NCBI GenBank assembly: GCA_965248445.1 | Contig: CBDFJG010000004.1 | Span: forward strand, 1,280,001 to 1,344,000 | From: Planctomycetota bacterium | Lineage (GTDB): Bacteria > Planctomycetota > JAJSAM01 > JAJVHW01 | DNA length: 64,000 bases | Direction of reading: 5' to 3' | In this document: one piece after another, positions 36,514 to 46,248 of the stretch | Numbering within the stretch: position 1 is the first letter of the stretch | How the letters are laid out: every line of letters begins with the position of its first letter | Made by a program: the position numbers and the translations under genes | The notes under the pieces: generated by a model | Seen by the model: the letters and a program-made list of their open reading frames with translations, nothing else | The model's database searches: none | What the model was told of the DNA's origin: nothing

Positions 36514-37740
36514 TTGCCCACGCATCACATCCGGCCCACACTTCACATCAAGCGCTCCGCGCTCGTCCTCGCAGTCGCGTCCCTTGCCCTGCTTGCCACT
36601 CCGGCAATTGCCGGCGACCTGGTCCTCACCAAGAGCGGCTGGCAGGGGAACCGCAAGGCCTCGGACCCACCCACCGCTGACGACTACGCCGGCAGCAACT
36701 TCACGGTGGTCCGCGAGGACATCGACTTCATCTACTACACGATCCCCGGCGTGGCGGATGAGCAGCGGATCTCGATGGACAAGGTGATCGAGATCTATCA
36801 CGAGCCGGCCAACACTCCGCGCGGTCTCGCGCGAGGCGAGCGGCTGGTCGACAACGCACAGTGGGCGGACGCCGCAGCGGAGCTCGAGGACGTCATCGCC
36901 GGCAGCACGACGCCCGCATGGGCGAAGGCCAAAGCCGCGTACCTCCTCGGCGTCGCGCACGCCGGTGCGGGCGACCACGCTAACGCCGCAAAGCTCTTGG
37001 ACGGTTTCCTCAGCACGTACTCGAAGTCGCGCTACATCCCGCGCGTCACGATGGAGCTCGCGCGCTCACACGTGGCGACGGGCGCGTACGACAAGGCGGG
37101 CGCGACCTTCAAGCGGCTGTCCGCCATGAAGGGCCTCAGCGAGGCCGACAAGATCGAGGCGCAGTACGGCTCCGCGTGGCTCGATCAGCAGATCGCAGAA
37201 GCCCGCAAGGACACCGCCGGACTCGAGAGCGCGCTCAAGGGCTACGAGTCCCTCCTGACCAAGATCCGCACCAACAAGAACATGAAGGACCTCGTCGGCA
37301 AGTGCACGATCGGCAAGGCCTCGTGCCTGGTCGGCCTCGGCCGCAGCGCAGAGGCGAAGACGCTCTGCGAGAAGGCGATCAAGACCTCGAAGGACGAGTT
37401 CGTGCGGGCCGGCGCCTACACGATGCTCGGCCGCGTCATGGTCCAGGGCGCCGCCGCGGGCGGTGGCGGAGACATCAAGGTCTACCAGGAGGCACTGCTC
37501 CACTTCCTCCGCGTGGTGACCCTCTACGGCAGCGCACCCGGAGCCGAGGAGTACATGGCCGAGTCGATGTACACGGCCGGCGAGCTCTTCTACGAGTTGC
37601 GCCCCACCAAGTCCGACTCCCAGGCGGACAAGGACCAGGCGCGCACCTATCGCAGCTACGCCCGCCGCGAGTGGCGGGAGTGCGCGATGCGCTACCCGAA
37701 CAGCCCGTGGGGCCGCAAGGCCGCCCAAAAGGTCAACTAG
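36514..37740 (+). CDS. secreted TPR-repeat protein
   Basis: TTG 36514 with AGGAG; signal peptide; TPR-like helices; ALLHFLRVVTLY...YPNSPW end. Confidence 0.75.
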   Translation: MPTHHIRPTLHIKRSALVLAVASLALLATPAIAGDLVLTKSGWQGNRKASDPPTADDYAGSNFTVVREDIDFIYYTIPGVADEQRISMDKVIEIYHEPANTPRGLARGERLVDNAQWADAAAELEDVIAGSTTPAWAKAKAAYLLGVAHAGAGDHANAAKLLDGFLSTYSKSRYIPRVTMELARSHVATGAYDKAGATFKRLSAMKGLSEADKIEAQYGSAWLDQQIAEARKDTAGLESALKGYESLLTKIRTNKNMKDLVGKCTIGKASCLVGLGRSAEAKTLCEKAIKTSKDEFVRAGAYTMLGRVMVQGAAAGGGGDIKVYQEALLHFLRVVTLYGSAPGAEEYMAESMYTAGELFYELRPTKSDSQADKDQARTYRSYARREWRECAMRYPNSPWGRKAAQKVN

Positions 37741-37930
37741 CCCAGACCGTCTGGGCTCGCCGCCACGGCCTCGGGAGAAGGACTGCCCCTCCTCGCGGCC
37801 TCACTCCAGGCTCCGCCAGGCGTCAGAACCGTTGTGTCCGGCCTCCCAGGATGCCGATGATGGCATTGCGTCCAGGTGTCCGGCCACCGGTCTCGACCGG
37901 CCGGTTCGATCGGACCTGCGGCGCGGCGTC

Positions 37931-39214
37931 ATGCCAGCACCGGTCCACCACCCGCCGACCTCTCCCGACCCAACCTCTCCCGACACCGGGGCGTCGGACC
38001 TGGCGTGGAGTTCGCTCACCGATTGGCGCGTCACGCGTGAGCGGCGCGAGAACCGGCGGCGACCGCGCCCTCCCTCGGTGACCCTCTCGATCCTCGTCCA
38101 CATCGCCTTGCTCTTGGTGCTGTCACTTGTCGATCTCGGGCTGCGCACGGCGCACCAGGAGGCCGACGTCCCCGCCACGCTGCAGTCGGACGCTCCGGCG
38201 CTCTCCGGGCACCTCGAGGAGTTGCCCCGTCAGCCCGCCGAGGCCGACCTCTCGGCCGAGGCGCCTCGTCGCGACGCCGTCGCCGTCGACGCCGAGTTCG
38301 CCGGCAGTGCAGCGTCGTCAGCGGTGGCTCCGTCCGCGGATCGTTTCGAGAGCATCGTCACGCCGTCGGATCTGACGGAGCGGCCGGTGCAACCGACGGC
38401 CGACGCAATCGCAGCGGCCACATCGTCGGTCGTGGGGGTTGGTGGGAACGCAATCCACATGGGACAGAGCTTCGGGAAGGACGGCGCGGCGGGCGCGATC
38501 AGCGAGGTCGGGGGCGCGCTCGCCGGGGACCCGTACGCCGGACGCGTGCTCAAGAAGGTGCGCAGCGGCTCGGGCGGCGCGCGGATCCTCGTCCTGCAGG
38601 GTGAGTTCGACGCGGCCGAGGACGTGCTCGCGGAACTCGGGATCCAGTACCTGCTGCTCGACCCCGCTGTGCTCGCCACCACCCCGATCCCCGCCGAGAC
38701 CCGCGCGCTCATCGTCGACTGTAGTCCGCATCCGCTGCCGGCTCAGGCCCTGCGACACATCGTCCAGTTCGTCGAACGGGGCGGCTACCTGTTCACGACG
38801 GACTGGGGAATCGAGACGGTGCTCGACCGCGCGTTCCGCCAGTACGTGCAGTGCCGGCGCGACGGCAAGCGAGTCGCCATGCTGAAGGAGCGCGTCGTGA
38901 ACGTCCGCGCGGTCAGCGACCACGCGTTGCTACGCGGCGTTCCCGACGGGAAACGGATCGCACGCTGGTGGCTCGAGGACTCCACGATCCCGGTGACCAT
39001 CAACCACCCCTCGGCCGTCGAGATCCTGCTCGAGTGCCGCGCGCTCGCGTTGACCCACGACGCCCCCGCCGCGGCGCTGACGTTCCGCCACGGCCGCGGC
39101 CGTGTCGCCCACGTGCTCGGGCACGTCTACCAGAAGGAGGGCAACCTCCGCGGCGTCTACGTCGTGCACCGGTTGCTCCTCAACTTCCTGCGCGAGTCGC
39201 TCTCGGCCCGGTAG
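37931..39214 (+). CDS. membrane-anchored hypothetical protein with C-terminal GATase-like alpha/beta domain (start uncertain)
   Basis: TM SVTLSILVHIALLLVL; FVERGGYLFTTDW, GRGRVAHV motifs. Confidence 0.6.
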   Translation: MPAPVHHPPTSPDPTSPDTGASDLAWSSLTDWRVTRERRENRRRPRPPSVTLSILVHIALLLVLSLVDLGLRTAHQEADVPATLQSDAPALSGHLEELPRQPAEADLSAEAPRRDAVAVDAEFAGSAASSAVAPSADRFESIVTPSDLTERPVQPTADAIAAATSSVVGVGGNAIHMGQSFGKDGAAGAISEVGGALAGDPYAGRVLKKVRSGSGGARILVLQGEFDAAEDVLAELGIQYLLLDPAVLATTPIPAETRALIVDCSPHPLPAQALRHIVQFVERGGYLFTTDWGIETVLDRAFRQYVQCRRDGKRVAMLKERVVNVRAVSDHALLRGVPDGKRIARWWLEDSTIPVTINHPSAVEILLECRALALTHDAPAAALTFRHGRGRVAHVLGHVYQKEGNLRGVYVVHRLLLNFLRESLSAR

Positions 39215-39230
39215 CGGCTACCCTGCCGCG

Positions 39231-39923
39231 ATGCCCGCTGAGAGCGCTCTGCTCGCCCTGCTCGTGACCGCCGTCGCCGCGGCGCTCGCGCGACTCCTCC
39301 GCGCGGTCGACGGTGGGGGGGCCGCCGCGGGCATGGGCATCGGAGCTCTTGTGAGTGTTGCGCTCGGCCTGCCAGGACTCGCAGTCCTCGGCACGTTCTT
39401 CGTCGTGGGCTCGCTGGCCACGCGCGTCGGCTGGCGGAGGAAGATCAAGGACGGCACGGCCGAACGCGGCGGCGGTGCACGAGGAGCCAAGCGCGTGCTC
39501 GGCAAGGGACTGGTGGCCGCACTCGCCGCGCTGCTGCCGGCGCCGTTCGCGCCGCTCGCGCTTTCCGGCGCCATGGCCGCGGCACTCGGCGACACGCTGG
39601 GTACCGAGATCGGCACCCTGTCGCGCGGTGCCACGTTCTCGCTTCCCGCATGCCGCCGCGTGCCGGCGGGCACGCCCGGCGGCGTGTCCGGCCTGGGCAC
39701 ACTCGCCACGCTGGCCGGTGCTGTCATCGTTGCACTCGTCACACTGTGGGTGTTCGGCCTCGGCGCGCTCGCGACCGGGTGCGTTGTCTTCGGCGGCTTC
39801 GTCGCGTCGGGCATCGAGTCGATCGCCAGGCGTGGATCCATGCCTGGCTGGACCTGGAATCTCGTCACGACCGCCGTCGGTGCAACACTTGCGACGCTTC
39901 CGTACTGGCACTGGAACCCATGA
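39231..39923 (+). CDS. DUF92 family membrane protein (VTE6/TMEM19-like)
   Basis: FFVVGSLATR, ERGGGARG, DTLGTEIG, VPAGTPGGVSGLGT motifs. Confidence 0.85.
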   Translation: MPAESALLALLVTAVAAALARLLRAVDGGGAAAGMGIGALVSVALGLPGLAVLGTFFVVGSLATRVGWRRKIKDGTAERGGGARGAKRVLGKGLVAALAALLPAPFAPLALSGAMAAALGDTLGTEIGTLSRGATFSLPACRRVPAGTPGGVSGLGTLATLAGAVIVALVTLWVFGLGALATGCVVFGGFVASGIESIARRGSMPGWTWNLVTTAVGATLATLPYWHWNP

Positions 39924-40846
39924 ACGTCGGCACGATCTGGCGGCTGTCTCGGCCGTTCACGCTGCTCGCCCCCGCGACCGGTGCGCTGGCCGCGGCACTC
40001 GCCGCACTGGGTTACACGGGTGGATCGCTAAGAGACCCGGGCGTGCTGCTCGCCCTCGTCCTCGCACCGGTCGCGGCGGCGATCCTGAACGTCGCGAGCA
40101 ACGCGGTGAACCAGATCTACGACCTCAAGGTCGACCGCATCAACAAACCGGACCGGCCCCTGCCCTCCGGCGAGATGTCGGTGGGCGCTGCATGCGTCGT
40201 GATGGTCGTCGCGTACGTGCTGGCTGCGGCGGCGGCGTACGCGATCAACTTGCTCCTGGTGCTGATCGTCCTGTTCACCGCCTTCGTCACGTACGCGTAC
40301 TCGGCGCCACCGTTCCGGACCAAGCGGCACTGGCTCTTGGCCAACCTGACAATCGCGATTCCGCGTGGGTTCCTGCTCCCGGTGGCCGGCTGGGCCGCGA
40401 TCTCCGGTTCCGCGGATCCACTCGTGCTCGGCGACGCGCTGCCGAGCGAACTCCTGACCTTCGCGGCAGCAGCGGGGCTGTTCGTGCTGGGCGCGGCATC
40501 CACCAAGGACTTCGCGGACCTCGCCGGAGACGAGGCCGGCGGCTGCATCACGCTTCCGCTCCGCTTCGGCGTGCCCACCGCCGCCCGCGTGATCGCACCG
40601 TTTCTCGTGGTGCCATGGCTGCTGCTGCCCGTCGGCGTCCAGCTCGGGTGGATGACCGGACGACCCCTGGTGCTCTCGGTGGGCGGCGCGGGGCTCGCCC
40701 TGATCGGTGCGCGTGCCGCGTGGCTGCTGGTCCGCGACCCGGATGCGCTGACCAAGGACAGCACGCATCCGGCGTGGGTGCTGATGTACCTCCTGATGAT
40801 CGCGTCGCAGCTCGTGTTCGCCGCCGCGTACGTGGGCCTGCGATGA
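39920..40846 (+). CDS. UbiA-superfamily prenyltransferase (HPT/DGGGP synthase-like)
   Basis: NQIYDLKVDRINKPDRPLPSG, YSAPPFR, KDFADLAGDEAGGCITLP; ATGA overlap. Confidence 0.92.
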   Translation: MNVGTIWRLSRPFTLLAPATGALAAALAALGYTGGSLRDPGVLLALVLAPVAAAILNVASNAVNQIYDLKVDRINKPDRPLPSGEMSVGAACVVMVVAYVLAAAAAYAINLLLVLIVLFTAFVTYAYSAPPFRTKRHWLLANLTIAIPRGFLLPVAGWAAISGSADPLVLGDALPSELLTFAAAAGLFVLGAASTKDFADLAGDEAGGCITLPLRFGVPTAARVIAPFLVVPWLLLPVGVQLGWMTGRPLVLSVGGAGLALIGARAAWLLVRDPDALTKDSTHPAWVLMYLLMIASQLVFAAAYVGLR

Positions 40847-41409
40847 CCGATGCGCGCGAGGACCGCCGACAGTTCGTCCATGCCGGGATGACGCTGTTCG
40901 CACTGACGCTGCGCTGGCTGACACCGCTCCAGGCCGCGGTCTGTGCAGCGGCGGCCATCGGGCTGAACTGGCTGATCCTGCCTCGGTTCAGCGGCGCGCC
41001 GGCCGGTGAGCGACGAGGCTTCGGAGATGGAGTCCGGATCTACCCGATCGCCGTGCTGCTGCTGATCGTGGTCCTGCCGGCGCCCCGCGCGGCGGCGGCG
41101 TGGGGCGTGCTCGGCATCGGGGACGCCGCTTCGAACCTGATCGGCCGCCGCTTGAGCGGGCCTCGCCTGCTCGGCCGGCCGGACCGCTCGCTCGGGGGCA
41201 CGATCGCGTTCGTGCTACTCGGCGGCGCAGCGGCGGCCGGGCTGTGGGCGTTCGTCGGAGAGCGCGCACTGGACGCCGACGTCGTCATCGCGTCGTTCGC
41301 AGCGGCGGCGGCCGGCGCCCTCGCGGAGCTCCTCTGGCGCCCCAAGTGGCTGGACGACAACCTGCCGATCGCCGCGGCCGCGGGCGCGGTGCTGCTGCTG
41401 TTGCCGTGA
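40843..41409 (+). CDS. CTP-dependent prenol kinase-like protein (SEC59/DGK1/VTE5 family)
   Basis: EDRRQFVH, GIGDAASNLIG, RSLGGTIAF, DDNL motifs; ATGA overlap. Confidence 0.8.
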   Translation: MTDAREDRRQFVHAGMTLFALTLRWLTPLQAAVCAAAAIGLNWLILPRFSGAPAGERRGFGDGVRIYPIAVLLLIVVLPAPRAAAAWGVLGIGDAASNLIGRRLSGPRLLGRPDRSLGGTIAFVLLGGAAAAGLWAFVGERALDADVVIASFAAAAAGALAELLWRPKWLDDNLPIAAAAGAVLLLLP

Positions 41410-41555
41410 AGTGGTCCGCGCGCTAGCGCGAGCGAGGAGCGGCGGGACGATTGCGGAGCAATCGGCGGGACGCCCCGCAGCGAGCCCACGTCCGTCGGAG
41501 ACCGCGTAGCAGGGAGACACGTGAGGGCTCGTTGGGCGCGCCGCGGCCGGCGTGC

Positions 41556-42110
41556 CTAACGAGCGCGAACCATCTCCATGCTGAAGATACCGGCGTTGTC
41601 CTGGCGGTAGCGGACCAGGCCGGCGCCGGGAGCGAACCACCACGTCTCCTCGACGCGCAGCTCGTCGCTTCCGCCGATCGTTCGAACCCGCGCCGCGTCC
41701 ACGGAGCCGCCGCCCGTGTCGACGCGCTCCCAGCCGTCGAACACGACCTCCTGGCCTCCGCTCGCCCACCGCGTTCCAGGCGGCGCGCCAACGCGGATCA
41801 GCTCGACCGCCGTGCCGGGCCCGGCGCTGAACGCTATGCCACTCGGCGTGCGCGAGAGATCGATCCGGCGCCCACCGGCACCCGCTCCCTCGATGTGGAG
41901 CACCCCGCCGACGGGAGTCGTCGCCGTCCGCACCGTGACACGCCCCGCCGGGCGCTGCACGAACTCGACCGTCGACGGGCTGAACGGGACAAGATCCGCC
42001 GACATCGCGGGACCGTCCCCTGCCGTCCGCGGGGCAACTCCCCGTGACGACGTTTGCGCACAGGCGGTGACGACGAAGAACAGGGCGAGAACTGCGATCA
42101 GCGGGCGCAT
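41556..42110 (-). CDS. putative lipoprotein, beta-rich
   Basis: MRPLIAVLALFFVVTAC lipobox; ETWWFAPGAGLVR C-terminal motif. Confidence 0.65.
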   Translation of the reverse strand: MRPLIAVLALFFVVTACAQTSSRGVAPRTAGDGPAMSADLVPFSPSTVEFVQRPAGRVTVRTATTPVGGVLHIEGAGAGGRRIDLSRTPSGIAFSAGPGTAVELIRVGAPPGTRWASGGQEVVFDGWERVDTGGGSVDAARVRTIGGSDELRVEETWWFAPGAGLVRYRQDNAGIFSMEMVRAR

Positions 42111-42249
42111 GGGCGGCCAGTCTACCGGGCACTCGCGCTCCGATGCGGTATCCGATGAACCACAACTTCTAGGGGATAAAAGATCGTTCATCCACAATGT
42201 GTGCACATCGGATCGATGTCCCGCATCCCCCTGCCGCAAGTCGTCGAAC

Positions 42250-42423
42250 ATGCACCGGAACGGCCTTTTCACCCGATTGCGTCGCCTGCTCGCACGCCTC
42301 ATTCCCCGACGTCTCCACACACGTCGCATGACTGCGCGCGCCCGCGTCCTCGAGTTGTCGCCCGACCAGCGTGATCGCCTCCGCCGCAACCTCGAGGGCA
42401 TCCTGCGCCCCGAAGCCGCGTAG
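42250..42423 (+). CDS. small basic hypothetical protein
   Basis: short ORF ending 18 nt before the next co-oriented gene; no recognisable motif. Confidence 0.3.
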   Translation: MHRNGLFTRLRRLLARLIPRRLHTRRMTARARVLELSPDQRDRLRRNLEGILRPEAA

Positions 42424-42441
42424 CGTGATTCGCCGGGTACG

Positions 42442-43113
42442 ATGACGCGGATGCGAATCCGCGCCCCCGCCTTACACAAACTGGCCGCTGCCCTCGTCGT
42501 CGCCAGCGTCTGCGTGCTCGCGAACGCGACCGTCGTTCTCGAGGCCGGCGTGACCGAGCTCGCGGACGAGTGCGCGCTCGCCGTCCTCGGCAGAGTGCGC
42601 GGGGTCGACACGGTGCTCGAGCGCAGACCGCTCCGCGTCTGGACGGAGATCGACCTCGAGGTCGAGGAGACGCTGCTCGGCACCGCCACGGAGCGCATCA
42701 CGATCAGCGTCCCGGGCGGCACGGCCGGAGGGCTCTCGCAAGACGTGCACGGCACCGCGCGCGTCGCGACCGGTGAGCGAGCGGTGTTCTTCCTCTGGAA
42801 AGAGGGCGACCGCCACCGGGTGCTCGGCATGTCGCAGGGCTGTCTGCACGTTCGCACGGTCGGCGGCAAGGATGTGTGCCGCGCCGACGTGAGGCACCTG
42901 ACGGTGGTGCGGCGGGAGCGCCCCGCCACAGCGTCGAAGCACGGTCCGATCCCGCTCGCCGATGTGCGGCGCGAGGTGCACGACGCCGTGAAGCGACGGG
43001 CCGAAGCAGAGGAACGCAAGCGCAAGCGCATCGCCGCGCGCCTCGCCCGCGCCCGCGAGAGCGCCGAGCGCAACGCCGAGCGCACCCGCGGCCGGCCCGG
43101 CGGATCGCAGTAA
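42442..43113 (+). CDS. secreted hypothetical protein
   Basis: signal peptide; VPGG..G....V.G.......GE..V.FL pattern; C-terminal coiled coil. Confidence 0.65.
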   Translation: MTRMRIRAPALHKLAAALVVASVCVLANATVVLEAGVTELADECALAVLGRVRGVDTVLERRPLRVWTEIDLEVEETLLGTATERITISVPGGTAGGLSQDVHGTARVATGERAVFFLWKEGDRHRVLGMSQGCLHVRTVGGKDVCRADVRHLTVVRRERPATASKHGPIPLADVRREVHDAVKRRAEAEERKRKRIAARLARARESAERNAERTRGRPGGSQ

Positions 43114-43125
43114 GCTCTCCCTCCC

Positions 43126-44001
43126 ATGCCAGACCGCATCGTCATCACGGGGCTCGCCGTCAACACCGTCATCGGGCTGTATGCCTGGGAGCGCCTGGTA
43201 CGGCAGACCATCGAACTCGACCTCGAGCTGACGTGCGACCTGCACGAAGCAGGTGCATCGGATCGCGTCGGGGACACGGTCGACTACAAGACGCTCACCA
43301 ACACGGTCCGCGAGCGGATCGCGTCGAGCGGCTACCTCTTGATCGAGGCGCTCGCCTGCGACGTCGCCGAGACGTGCCTTGCCCACGAGCGCGTACGGCG
43401 CGCACGCGTGACGGTCCACAAGACGGGCGCCCTGCGCTACGCGAAAAACGTGGCGGTCGTCGTCGAGCGGGAACAGGGCGACACGCGGATGCGGCCTCGG
43501 CACCGCGCGTACGTAGGAGTGGGGAGCAACGTGGACGCCACGACCCACGTGCGCAAGGCCCTCCAGGCCCTCCACGAGCGCTTCGGAGCCCTGCGCGTCT
43601 CCCCCATCTACCGCACCCGCGCAGTAGGGGCTGAGGGCGCCGACGACTTCCTGAACGCCGCGGTCGAGATCCGCACCAGCGCAGCCCCGCACGAACTACG
43701 GGAGCAGCTCCACGAGATCGAGGCTCAGGAGGGCAGGGAGCGGACGGACGACCGCAACGCCCCCCGGACGCTGGATCTCGACGTGCTGCTCTACGACGAC
43801 CTCGTGCACTCGGAGACAGAGCACGGGCACGCGCTCCCCGATCCGGGGATCGAGGAGTCCGCGTTTGTGCTCGTGCCGCTTGCGGATATCGCCCGCCCGG
43901 TCGTGCATCCGGTTCTCGGCGTGACGATCGGCGCCCTGCGCGACCGCATGCCGCGCACCATCGACGGCGTCAGCCGGTTCACCGACGAGGTCCTCTACTG
44001 A
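43126..44001 (+). CDS. folBK: bifunctional dihydroneopterin aldolase / HPPK (FolB-FolK fusion)
   Basis: IGLYAWER..RQ, TVDYK, LIEALA (FolB); GVGSN, FLNAA, PRTLDLDVL (FolK). Confidence 0.92.
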   Translation: MPDRIVITGLAVNTVIGLYAWERLVRQTIELDLELTCDLHEAGASDRVGDTVDYKTLTNTVRERIASSGYLLIEALACDVAETCLAHERVRRARVTVHKTGALRYAKNVAVVVEREQGDTRMRPRHRAYVGVGSNVDATTHVRKALQALHERFGALRVSPIYRTRAVGAEGADDFLNAAVEIRTSAAPHELREQLHEIEAQEGRERTDDRNAPRTLDLDVLLYDDLVHSETEHGHALPDPGIEESAFVLVPLADIARPVVHPVLGVTIGALRDRMPRTIDGVSRFTDEVLY

Positions 44002-44018
44002 GCAGTAAACTGGTGCGC

Positions 44019-44990
44019 ATGCTGCGGCGACTTGTGGTGCCGGCCATCCTCTGCTTCGCGACGATCGCGGCGGCCGAGGACGATCCCCCGCCTCCGGAGA
44101 CGCAGGCGCTGCTCGCGGTCGCACAGGACGCCAACAGTCCTTGGCGTGCGCGTGCAGCGGCGTTACGCGTGTTGAGCAAGGCAGAGGAGGTGCCCGCCGC
44201 TCCGCTCGCGGCGCTGGCGCGCGACGACGAGCGTGCGGCGCTGAGGCGGCTGGCCCTCGCCGCGCTGGTTGCCACCGCGGGCGACGAGCCGGTTGGCAAG
44301 GCGGTGACACGGGCTCTCTCCGACCATGCGGCGGGAGTACGCCGCGAGGCCTTGGTCGGAGTAGCCGCGCGCGCGGCGGCGTGCGGCGGAACGCGTGACG
44401 CCGTGATCGGTCTGCTCCGCGACGACGAGCCCTTGCTGCGCGCGCACGCGGCGCGCGCCATCGCCGCCCTGGGCAACGAAGCGATCGACGTGCGTGCCGC
44501 CGCGGGCGCCCTGTTGCCGCTGCTCGCGGACGAGGACGCGGGGCCTCTCGCCGCACGCGCGCTCGTCGCGGCGCGGCCGGACGCCTCGCAACTCGAAACG
44601 CACTCCGACGCGCTGCGTGCGCTCGTGCGCGCGCGCGGCGGACCGGTGCCGGCCGCCATCGTCCTGAGCGCGGCGGCCGGACGACGCGGGCTGATGTGGG
44701 AGAAGACGCTGCGGGCATATGTGGAGACCGGCAGCCCGGCCGTGCGTCAGGCCGCGTGGGCCGCCATCGCCATCATCTTCGCATCGCGAATGGACCACGG
44801 CATGGCGCCCCCCGGAGTATGGGAGGCCGCCGCGGGACCGGATTCGCTCATCGTCGCCGCGGCGTTGCGTCTGCACCGCGGCCGGCGGCTGCCGTACTCG
44901 GCGCAGCACCTCGAGCGACTGAAGCGGCACGACAGCAAACTGGTCCGGACCCTGGTGACCCGACTCCTCCCGAAGGACGAGGATCAGTAG
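44019..44990 (+). CDS. secreted HEAT/PBS-lyase repeat protein
   Basis: signal peptide; Ala/Leu-rich helical repeats (LSDHAAGVRREAL, LRDDEPLLRAHAARA). Confidence 0.6.
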   Translation: MLRRLVVPAILCFATIAAAEDDPPPPETQALLAVAQDANSPWRARAAALRVLSKAEEVPAAPLAALARDDERAALRRLALAALVATAGDEPVGKAVTRALSDHAAGVRREALVGVAARAAACGGTRDAVIGLLRDDEPLLRAHAARAIAALGNEAIDVRAAAGALLPLLADEDAGPLAARALVAARPDASQLETHSDALRALVRARGGPVPAAIVLSAAAGRRGLMWEKTLRAYVETGSPAVRQAAWAAIAIIFASRMDHGMAPPGVWEAAAGPDSLIVAAALRLHRGRRLPYSAQHLERLKRHDSKLVRTLVTRLLPKDEDQ

Positions 44991-45727
44991 CGGCCGCCGT
45001 CCACCGCGAGACTCTGGCCGGTCACGTAGCCGCCCTCGCACGCCAGCCAGTACACGGCCTCCGCGACGTCTCCCGGCGTCCCGGTCCGCCGCAGCGGGAT
45101 CTCGGCGGCCAACCGCGCGAACGTCTCCTCGTCGCCGCCGGCCGGCAGCACGGCGCCGGGTGACACCATGTTCACTCGGATGCCCGGGGCAAGCGCGCGG
45201 GCGAGAGACCGCGTGAGTTGCGCCAGCGCCGCCTTCGACGCGCAATACGTCACGTGCCCGGGCCGATCGAGATACGCATCCCCGATGTTGACGACCGCCC
45301 CACGGCCGTTCCTGGCGAGAGTCCCGGCGAGCGCCTGCGTCAGGAGCAGCGGCGCCCGCGCGTGCAGCGCGTGATCCGCGTCCGCGGCCGTGGCCAGGTC
45401 AGCGGCGGACGCGGCCAGGCCGACGTTCTCGAACCGCGATGCGTTGTTCACGAGCACGTCGACGTGCCCGAACGCCGCGATCACCTGGGCGGCGAGCGAC
45501 GTCACCTGAACGACGTCGGCCAAGTCCGCCGCAAAGACCGATGCCGCTCCGCCCGCCGCGCAGATCTCGCCGGCCACGGCGTCGGCCTCCTCGCGGGAGC
45601 GATGGCAATGCAGCGCGACGGCGTGACCGCGTGCCGCGAAGAGCAGCGCTATGGAACGACCGATGCGCCGCGCCGCCCCTGTGATCAGGGCGACGGGGCG
45701 CGGTTCGGTGTCAGATCGCGCAGACAT
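44984..45727 (-). CDS. SDR family pteridine reductase (FolM/PTR1-like)
   Basis: ITGAARRIG, VNNAS, YCASK, VNMVSPG, VDGG; near folBK. Confidence 0.85.
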   Translation of the reverse strand: MSARSDTEPRPVALITGAARRIGRSIALLFAARGHAVALHCHRSREEADAVAGEICAAGGAASVFAADLADVVQVTSLAAQVIAAFGHVDVLVNNASRFENVGLAASAADLATAADADHALHARAPLLLTQALAGTLARNGRGAVVNIGDAYLDRPGHVTYCASKAALAQLTRSLARALAPGIRVNMVSPGAVLPAGGDEETFARLAAEIPLRRTGTPGDVAEAVYWLACEGGYVTGQSLAVDGGRY

Positions 45728-45755
45728 TGTGCGCGATTGTCATACCCGCTCGGCG

Positions 45756-45944
45756 CTAGCCGATCGAGCGGCGAATTCTGCGTTGCGGCCAGTCCGTCAG
45801 CCGACCCCGGCGTGCGGGCACGGGCATGGGACGAACACGATCCAGGCGCTTCGAGCAGCACTCGCATACGAGGTGCGTCCCGAGGTCGAGGAAACGGCGC
45901 GTCCGCAGACAGCTGCTGCAGTAGCGGTTCATCCGTCTCAGCAT
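45756..45944 (-). CDS. small zinc-ribbon protein (CxxC...CxxC)
   Basis: AGGAGGT RBS; YCSSC...VCECCSK. Confidence 0.6.
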   Translation of the reverse strand: MLRRMNRYCSSCLRTRRFLDLGTHLVCECCSKRLDRVRPMPVPARRGRLTDWPQRRIRRSIG

Positions 45945-46248
45945 CCGATCACCTCCTCTCGGGAGACCGGACCGATGGCTCGCGCGTCCACCTGGATCCG
46001 GTGGTCCGCGGGTCATATCGCACGCCCTATGCCAATGGCGAACAGGCGTCCGGAGCGCTCCACCGTCGAAAAAGACGCCACCGTGACCTCACGAGTGACA
46101 TCGGGCGTCTACGGCGGACCGCACCCGCTGCAACCGAAACTTGACTACGCTCGCGACAGGGGGCGCTCGGATCGATTTGCACGTCGCGCGAGCAACGGCC
46201 CGCGCGGGCACATACAACACCTATCGGTAAACTCGGCGTCCAGCCTCG

